A program made the translations under genes and the position numbers. Below are positions 58,545 through 64,000 of a DNA stretch of 64,000 nucleotides, piece after piece. Numbering within the stretch: position 1 is the stretch's first letter; each line of letters opens with the position of its first letter. Where the stretch lies: NCBI GenBank assembly GCA_041739995.1, contig JBGSMV010000047.1, positions 3,972 through 67,971 on the forward strand, written 5' to 3'. The notes under the pieces are model-generated. The model had not been told where the DNA came from. It made no database searches and saw nothing but the letters and a program-made list of their open reading frames with translations. This DNA is from Bdellovibrionota bacterium. Lineage in GTDB: Bacteria; Bdellovibrionota_C; UBA2361; JBGSMV01.

Positions 58545-60398
58545 TTGAATTCGTCGCGATTTTGCTTTCAACCAGGCAATTCTGGGCTCGTTTTCATCTG
58601 CGCCGGAGCCAAGCTCGTACTTTTAAGTATCCTTTTCTTTGGCCTCGCCCCTTTCATCGCCTTCGGACAAACTAATTCTTTAAATCAAGACTTCGTGCGC
58701 GCGGGCGAGTATGTCGTCGTACGGGCTTCTGCTCAGGCGCTTCATAGTCAGACACCTCAAAGCAATCAAGCGGTGGGTGTTTACGAACCGGAGTCGGAAA
58801 CTCAACTCCTTCAAGTTGAGGCGCCTACTCAGCAAGTGGCCCCCGTTACCGCCTATGCATTAAGTACAAAGGCCGTAGTACCCTTCGATCCTGCTCAGAA
58901 TGAGTGCGATCATTTACGACAGCTTGACCCCACCATTCTTGCCTGTAGTCCTAATTTTCTTCGAAAGCGCTTTTTGGTGCCCTCTGATTCCTTTGTGAGC
59001 AGTCAAAGTAATCTTCTCAAGGGAAGTCCCAGTGGTGTTGATGCTCCTCTTGCCTGGGAATATTCAACCGGCTCACGCGAGGTAGTGATCGCAATATTGG
59101 ACAGCGGACTCGACTACACCCACCCCGATCTACTTCCAAACATTTGGGTAAACCCACACGAGATTGCCGGCAACGGCGTGGACGATGACCAGAACGGCTA
59201 TATTGATGATGTGCATGGGATTGATGCCGCGGCTGGCTCTGGAGACCCCCAATCTTCTGATGCGCACGGCACACATGTGGCGGGCATCATCGGTGCCGTA
59301 GGCAATAACGGTATCGGCGTATCGGGAGTGAGCTGGTCAGTCTCTCTCCTTGCAATTAAGGCGAGTGACGAAGAAGGGTTTTTCTCGACCTTCGACATTG
59401 CCAAAGGACTTGATTATGTCAGGCGCCTAAAAGTCGAGCGCGGAGCTCGCATCGTCGCGGTCAATGCGTCGTTTGGAGGGTTCAGCCCCTCTGATGTGGA
59501 GTTTCGAGCAATTGAGAGACTTCGTTTGGCCGGTATTCTCTTTGTTGCTGCAGCCGGCAATGAAAGCGCCAATATTGATCGTAACCCGGTTTTCCCCGCC
59601 AGCTATCAGCTCGATAATATTATCAGTGTTCTGGCGACGGATGAACGTGGTGCACGTGCTAATTTTTCGAACTACGGTTTTCTCAACGCCGACATTGCCG
59701 CTCCCGGCACTCGAATTTTAAGCACTCTTCCCTTTGGATCCTATGGAAGACTTGATGGCACCTCGATGGCCACACCAATGGTAGCAGGCGCGTTAGCGCT
59801 TGGTGCCGCGGTACGTCCGGACCTCTCTGGAGAGGAGCTTCGCGCAGCGCTTTTCAGTTCTGGTGCGGTGGTTCCCAGCCTCGATGCGCTCACCTCCACC
59901 GGTCGTTTCCTGGACGTAGGAAGCTTTATTGCACGAATCTTCGACGGCTCTACTGCGGGCACACCAGATGCAATCCCCGCCTCTCCACGCATAGTTCGCG
60001 ACATGCCATTTAGGCTTCGCTTTCTGAGTCGTCGAGGAGCACGAACGAGAAAGTTTAGAGCAGGCAGGTCCTTGCACTTGATTCTGAACTCGGGTCGCTC
60101 AATCTCCCCGCAAAGCGCGGCCACTATCTATCTTCGATTTGTGGTGAACTCCGTAGCATGTGAACTACCGGTAAAAATCTCAGATATCGCTCGTGAATCA
60201 TTTCAACTTGACACCAGCACCCGAGGAACAAACCAAGTATCCTCTCTCGGGGTACGAGTCCTTAATGGAGAAGGCGTCCAAGTATTCTCTAAGCAAATTA
60301 AGAATAGTCGCTCAAGAGATCTTCAAGCTTTCACCCCGCGCCGTAGCGTGCATCGCCGGGTTTGCAATTCCCTCATCTCAGCGCTCAGGGTCAGGTAA
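58545..60398 (+). CDS. secreted subtilisin-like serine protease (S8), second paralogue
   Basis: N-terminal anchor/signal, then catalytic blocks VIAILDSGLD, HGTHVAGIIGAVGN and GTSMATPMVAGALAL. It shows the same Ca-site-like D..NGYIDD insert as the first subtilisin. Confidence 0.65.
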   Translation: MNSSRFCFQPGNSGLVFICAGAKLVLLSILFFGLAPFIAFGQTNSLNQDFVRAGEYVVVRASAQALHSQTPQSNQAVGVYEPESETQLLQVEAPTQQVAPVTAYALSTKAVVPFDPAQNECDHLRQLDPTILACSPNFLRKRFLVPSDSFVSSQSNLLKGSPSGVDAPLAWEYSTGSREVVIAILDSGLDYTHPDLLPNIWVNPHEIAGNGVDDDQNGYIDDVHGIDAAAGSGDPQSSDAHGTHVAGIIGAVGNNGIGVSGVSWSVSLLAIKASDEEGFFSTFDIAKGLDYVRRLKVERGARIVAVNASFGGFSPSDVEFRAIERLRLAGILFVAAAGNESANIDRNPVFPASYQLDNIISVLATDERGARANFSNYGFLNADIAAPGTRILSTLPFGSYGRLDGTSMATPMVAGALALGAAVRPDLSGEELRAALFSSGAVVPSLDALTSTGRFLDVGSFIARIFDGSTAGTPDAIPASPRIVRDMPFRLRFLSRRGARTRKFRAGRSLHLILNSGRSISPQSAATIYLRFVVNSVACELPVKISDIARESFQLDTSTRGTNQVSSLGVRVLNGEGVQVFSKQIKNSRSRDLQAFTPRRSVHRRVCNSLISALRVR

Positions 60399-60497
60399 TT
60401 TCTTTAAGTTGCGTCTCGTTAACTTGTCGAAAGAAGCCGCACTGGCCCGAATGCCGTTCAACTACGCAACTCACTGGCATCTGGTACGACTATATCA

Positions 60498-61055
60498 TCA
60501 GTTCAAAACATCGACCGCTTCTTCATCATCAGCGCTAAAGTTTGGATCTGAGAGTGAGAACTCTCTTTCGGGTGAGATGAGCACATCATGTTTAAACTGG
60601 TCGATTTCTACTCTGGCGCTGTTGTCGCGTTTGTCTCCGAATAGTTCGAGTTCAATTCTTCCCTCTAGGTCCTCATCGAACGTGCTCTGCGGGAGATAGA
60701 AAGTGACGTACGTGAATTCGGACCGGGCACCTGGTCCAAAAGTGGGAGTGATCGCCACAGAATCGCGTCCGATAATGAGGCGTGTCGACCCTGTCACCAA
60801 TCGCAAAGACCCAGTGGTGTATCTCACCACAACTACGACACCATCAGGATTTACTCGACGAATATCGACAGTAACAAGCGTTCGCTCTCCTACTCCGATA
60901 GCGTTCGGCTTGACTGACAAGTCAATGTCAGCTCCTTTTAGGAGATCGTAATCATCTCCACCGCCGCCTCCCGATCCACAAGCAGTAAGCGCGAGGGTGA
61001 AGCAAAGGAAAAGAGTAAGGTATAAGTGCCGCATATATGAAGAATAGATGCTCAT
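60498..61055 (-). CDS. hypothetical lipoprotein
   Basis: Signal peptide plus lipobox (LTACGSGGGGGDD) with a beta-rich body. Confidence 0.35.
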   Translation of the reverse strand: MSIYSSYMRHLYLTLFLCFTLALTACGSGGGGGDDYDLLKGADIDLSVKPNAIGVGERTLVTVDIRRVNPDGVVVVVRYTTGSLRLVTGSTRLIIGRDSVAITPTFGPGARSEFTYVTFYLPQSTFDEDLEGRIELELFGDKRDNSARVEIDQFKHDVLISPEREFSLSDPNFSADDEEAVDVLN

Positions 61056-61216
61056 ATGAGGTGAGTGTTTCGGTGATTATTGGGCGAAAAAGCCGCAATG
61101 GCGAGAAGTGGCAAACAAAACGCCGTCTTTGGCTTCCAACTGTAGTATTTGTGCCCTCTGGTCACTATAGCTAGCCTAGCTATTTCGACACACAGGACTA
61201 GCGAAGGCCACCGGGG

Positions 61217-61819
61217 GTGCACGCCATGACTAATACATCGCCATACACAGATGCGAGACAAGCGCTATTTCGCACCTTCTATGAAAAGGCACTGCCCTAC
61301 TCAGATTATGTATCTCAGGGGCAACCAGCTCATCAGGCGCGCTGGGAGGACTTCCGCTTAGGTATCTCACTGTCTCTAGAGCAGACCACCCTGGTTAAGG
61401 GCTTTCAGAGAAAGCTGCATCTCCTAGTACTCTCTGGAGTCTGGTGCGGAGACTGCGCTCGCCAAGGGCCCATGCTTCAGGCTATCGCGGACGCCAGCTC
61501 TATGATTGAGGCGCGCTTCATAGACAACAAAGATTTCCCCGAACTGCAAGACGAGCTACGTATTCTTGGCGCTGAGCGCGTTCCCGTAGTGGTAGGACTT
61601 TCTGAGGACTTCTTTGAAGTGTTTCGCTTTGGAGATCGGCACTTAAGCGTTTATCGCCGTAAGGCAGCGGCAGAGCTGGGTGCCGCGTGCGACCCTGGGC
61701 TACTGCCACCTCCCGCTGAGGAGTTGGCCGTCGAGCTGTCAGAGTGGCTTGGTCTCATTGAGCGAGCGCAACTGTTGCTGCGCTTGTCTCCGATGCTAAG
61801 AAAGCGCTACAACGATTAG
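61217..61819 (+). CDS. thioredoxin-fold protein with WCGDC redox motif
   Basis: LVLSGVWCGDCARQGPML is a CxxC motif in thioredoxin-like context. Confidence 0.45.
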   Translation: MHAMTNTSPYTDARQALFRTFYEKALPYSDYVSQGQPAHQARWEDFRLGISLSLEQTTLVKGFQRKLHLLVLSGVWCGDCARQGPMLQAIADASSMIEARFIDNKDFPELQDELRILGAERVPVVVGLSEDFFEVFRFGDRHLSVYRRKAAAELGAACDPGLLPPPAEELAVELSEWLGLIERAQLLLRLSPMLRKRYND

Positions 61820-61852
61820 AAATCTTAACGCAAAATAGAAAGAGGGCCAGTT

Positions 61853-62269
61853 ATGTACGATCCAACACGAGTACAGAGCATGAGAGAAGAGCTTACCAAG
61901 GCAGGCTTCAAAGAGCTTAATAGCCCAGAGGAAGTTGATTCATTTATGAAATCAATCTCTCAAGGCACCGCCATGGTGGTAGTGAACTCGGTTTGTGGTT
62001 GTGCTGCGGGCGGGGCTAGACCAGGAGCGACACTTTCACTCCGGCATCCTAAAAAACCGATGCACCTTGCTACGGTATTCGCTGGACAAGATGCCAAGGC
62101 AACAGAACAGGCTCGAACCTACTTTGTTGGACACCCACCATCATCTCCTGCTGTTGCGTTGTTTAAAGACGGGAAACTGTCCTACATGCTCCCACGACAT
62201 GAAATTGAAGGCTCCACGCCACAACAAATCGCTCAGGCGCTTGGCAGTGCATTTGACAAGGTATTCTGA
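61853..62269 (+). CDS. bacilliredoxin-like (YphP/YqiW, DUF1094) thiol-disulfide oxidoreductase with CGC motif
   Basis: VVVNSVCGCAAGGARP is the CGC active-site motif characteristic of the YphP/YqiW family, in a 138-aa protein. Confidence 0.5.
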   Translation: MYDPTRVQSMREELTKAGFKELNSPEEVDSFMKSISQGTAMVVVNSVCGCAAGGARPGATLSLRHPKKPMHLATVFAGQDAKATEQARTYFVGHPPSSPAVALFKDGKLSYMLPRHEIEGSTPQQIAQALGSAFDKVF

Positions 62270-62756
62270 GTTGCCGCTAAGCGGTTGACGTAAGAAAAGG
62301 CGGCGAATCTGAAAAACAGATTGCGGGTACAGATCTGCAAAGGGGACTTTCTCTACATGACCTCGTCAGCATTCAGCTTAATTAGGACAGCGTTAGCGAC
62401 TAAACACCGTTTCATTATTTTTAAATTTGCGCGCAACTATCTAATATTACTGATAATAGTAAGTTTGATCTAGATCTCATATTTCACTAACATAGCACTC
62501 CGGACGTTTTTTTCGATCGTGATTCTTGGAATGCGTCCTCGTGTAATTCCAGCAGCACCATAAGCGCTGCTTAGTTCATTAAGAATATTTCCTCGCACCG
62601 AAAGATTGCCGTCGCCGGAAAGAGCGATCTTATCGCCGGGCTAGATTTGTTTTTTTGCGTTTAGGTGAAGGCGATAGTCGGATCGCTTTCAGGACTTCCA
62701 ACAGTTTTTTCTTGGAAGACCCTTGTAGAAGATAGTGAAGGTACTAGGTAGCTAAT

Positions 62757-63311
62757 ATGTCGACAGCCTCACATCGCACTAACCCTTCTGCCTATCCATC
62801 ACGCGAAGCGCAGACCTCTGGCGATACGAACCCACTACAGCTCTTCATTCGTCCAGAACACACTCAAACTCCCACCTCACTTCGAGACACTGAAGTTTCA
62901 CCAGAAGCATTTCGTCTTCGCTTGGCTCCAGACTCGTATTATGTCCAAATCAGCTTCCCCGTCGGAAATCTAAGAATTGAGCTTCCTTGCTCGGAAGAGC
63001 GTCTCGACCAGGGTGCTTCCCGAATTGTAGCCGCCTCTGCCAAACTGCACCCCTATCAAAGTGCAGTGGTTCGACAACAAATGAGCAGCCGCGGCCAAAC
63101 CGCCCTCGAGAAACTTTGTGAGGCAGTCGAAGTGACGCTTATTTACTCGGATGTCACCAACAGCGGGGACGAAAAACTTCGAAGACAGACCATGGTGCTT
63201 GGCACCCCCTTGTTTACCGACGACCACCCTTCCTATGGGATGCGTATTGGACCAACGTCGCTAAAGTTTGTGCTGTTCGATGGCGAAAGCTCTCGCAGAC
63301 GTGCGGCTTAG
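62757..63311 (+). CDS. hypothetical protein
   Basis: 184-aa ORF with no recognised motif. Confidence 0.25.
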   Translation: MSTASHRTNPSAYPSREAQTSGDTNPLQLFIRPEHTQTPTSLRDTEVSPEAFRLRLAPDSYYVQISFPVGNLRIELPCSEERLDQGASRIVAASAKLHPYQSAVVRQQMSSRGQTALEKLCEAVEVTLIYSDVTNSGDEKLRRQTMVLGTPLFTDDHPSYGMRIGPTSLKFVLFDGESSRRRAA

Positions 63312-63323
63312 TAACACGGCGAA

Positions 63324-63980
63324 CTAAAACGACCGATCGCCCTGAACCATCTTTCCAAGCTGCCCCAATACTGTGCCTTCCCCTTTTCCTCCGGCTGCAG
63401 CAACCTGCATACGACCCGCCAAGCGCGAGAATGGCAGCGACTGCAACCAAACAGTGCCTGGGCCTCGCAGCGAAGCAAAGAACAAGCCCTCGCCTCCAAA
63501 AATTGCGGTCTTAATGTTCCCCGCCTGTTCAATCTCGAAATTCACACTCGACTGCAAAGCAACAATACAGCCGGTATCAACGTGCAGCTTCTCTCCCGCC
63601 TTGAGCGTTCGCTCCACCAGTGTTCCGCCCGCATGCACAAAGGCGAGTCCATCACCTTCGAGCTTTTGCATAATAAATCCTTCTCCTCCAAACAGCCCGG
63701 TGAGGATCTTGCGTTGAAAGAAGATTCCGATGGAGACACCGCGGGCAGCACACAAAAAACTATCCTTCTGACAGAGGAGTGATCCGCCCATGCTCTTTAG
63801 CGTTACCGGTACGATATTTCCTGGATATGGCGCGGCGAACGCAACTTTTCCCTTGCCATTTCCTGACTGAGTGAAAAGCGTCATGAACAGCCCCTCTCCC
63901 GTCACGAGACGCTTGCCGGCACTAAAGAGTTTATCAACTAGGCCGGTTTCCTTTGAGCCATCGCCGAAAACCGCATCCAT
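63324..63980 (-). CDS. AIM24/TIGR00266-family protein (DUF124)
   Basis: Gly-rich beta-repeat pattern (GEGLFM...GNGKGKV..., GGEGFIMQKLEGDGLAFV..., GGEGLFFASLRGPGTVWLQ) characteristic of the TIGR00266/AIM24 family. Confidence 0.55.
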   Translation of the reverse strand: MDAVFGDGSKETGLVDKLFSAGKRLVTGEGLFMTLFTQSGNGKGKVAFAAPYPGNIVPVTLKSMGGSLLCQKDSFLCAARGVSIGIFFQRKILTGLFGGEGFIMQKLEGDGLAFVHAGGTLVERTLKAGEKLHVDTGCIVALQSSVNFEIEQAGNIKTAIFGGEGLFFASLRGPGTVWLQSLPFSRLAGRMQVAAAGGKGEGTVLGQLGKMVQGDRSF

Positions 63981-64000
63981 GGCAATCGAAGGATCCTTGT

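Noticed and set aside
1-64000. CRISPR arrays, rRNA and tRNA genes, and integrase or transposase genes.
   Set aside because: No regularly spaced direct repeats, no rRNA-like conserved stretches, no cloverleaf candidates and no recombinase motifs were seen. The only mobile-type sequences are the three non-autonomous MITE-like copies.

Overview
This is a 64-kb bacterial chromosomal segment of roughly 52-55% GC. The organism is diderm: it encodes outer-membrane beta-barrel proteins, lipoproteins and Tat/Sec signal peptides, and it resembles a delta-proteobacterial or Bdellovibrio/Myxococcota-like genome, although the taxon cannot be fixed from sequence alone. The window is densely coding, with about 60 CDS and no rRNA, tRNA or CRISPR array. 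Housekeeping blocks are interleaved with accessory material.

Main blocks, in order:
- A divergent NAD-salvage cluster, pncA-nadE on one strand and a pncB-like gene with a Nudix-like gene on the other.
- An extracytoplasmic flavinylation module: an FMN-binding protein, ApbE and a small His-rich membrane protein.
- A tandem-domain Lrp/AsnC regulator, a pirin, a lone sufB, and the conserved tmk-holB-[tRNA-binding domain]-tatD block.
- A metal (Zn/Mn-type) ABC transporter whose genes are scattered. Its second permease is fused to a DtxR/MntR-family metalloregulator domain, and a MITE-like repeat plus a secreted subtilisin sit between the ATPase and the permeases.
- A full-length flagellin whose hypervariable region is replaced by a ~330-aa FG-GAP/VCBS beta-propeller, next to a YjfB-type small motility protein.
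- Tpx, a DUF62 SAM-hydroxide adenosyltransferase-like gene, and a translationally coupled triad of a retropepsin-like protease, a 7TM inactive-transglutaminase-like membrane protein and a RimK-like ATP-grasp ligase.
- rumA, msrA, two large lipoproteins and a stand-alone nuoB-like gene.
- A Tad/Flp pilus locus (tadZ, flp, cpaB, cpaF, tadB, tadC, tadG-like, tadE-like) followed by a response regulator and a hybrid histidine kinase; no secretin or prepilin peptidase lies in the window.
- A second subtilisin, a thioredoxin-like protein beside a bacilliredoxin-like CGC protein, and an AIM24/TIGR00266-family gene.

A short MITE-like repeat family with perfect 20-bp inverted ends occurs three times, at about 11.76, 28.16 and 38.02 kb, each insertion flanked by CTAG. 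All product calls rest on motif and architecture recognition by eye; no database search was run.
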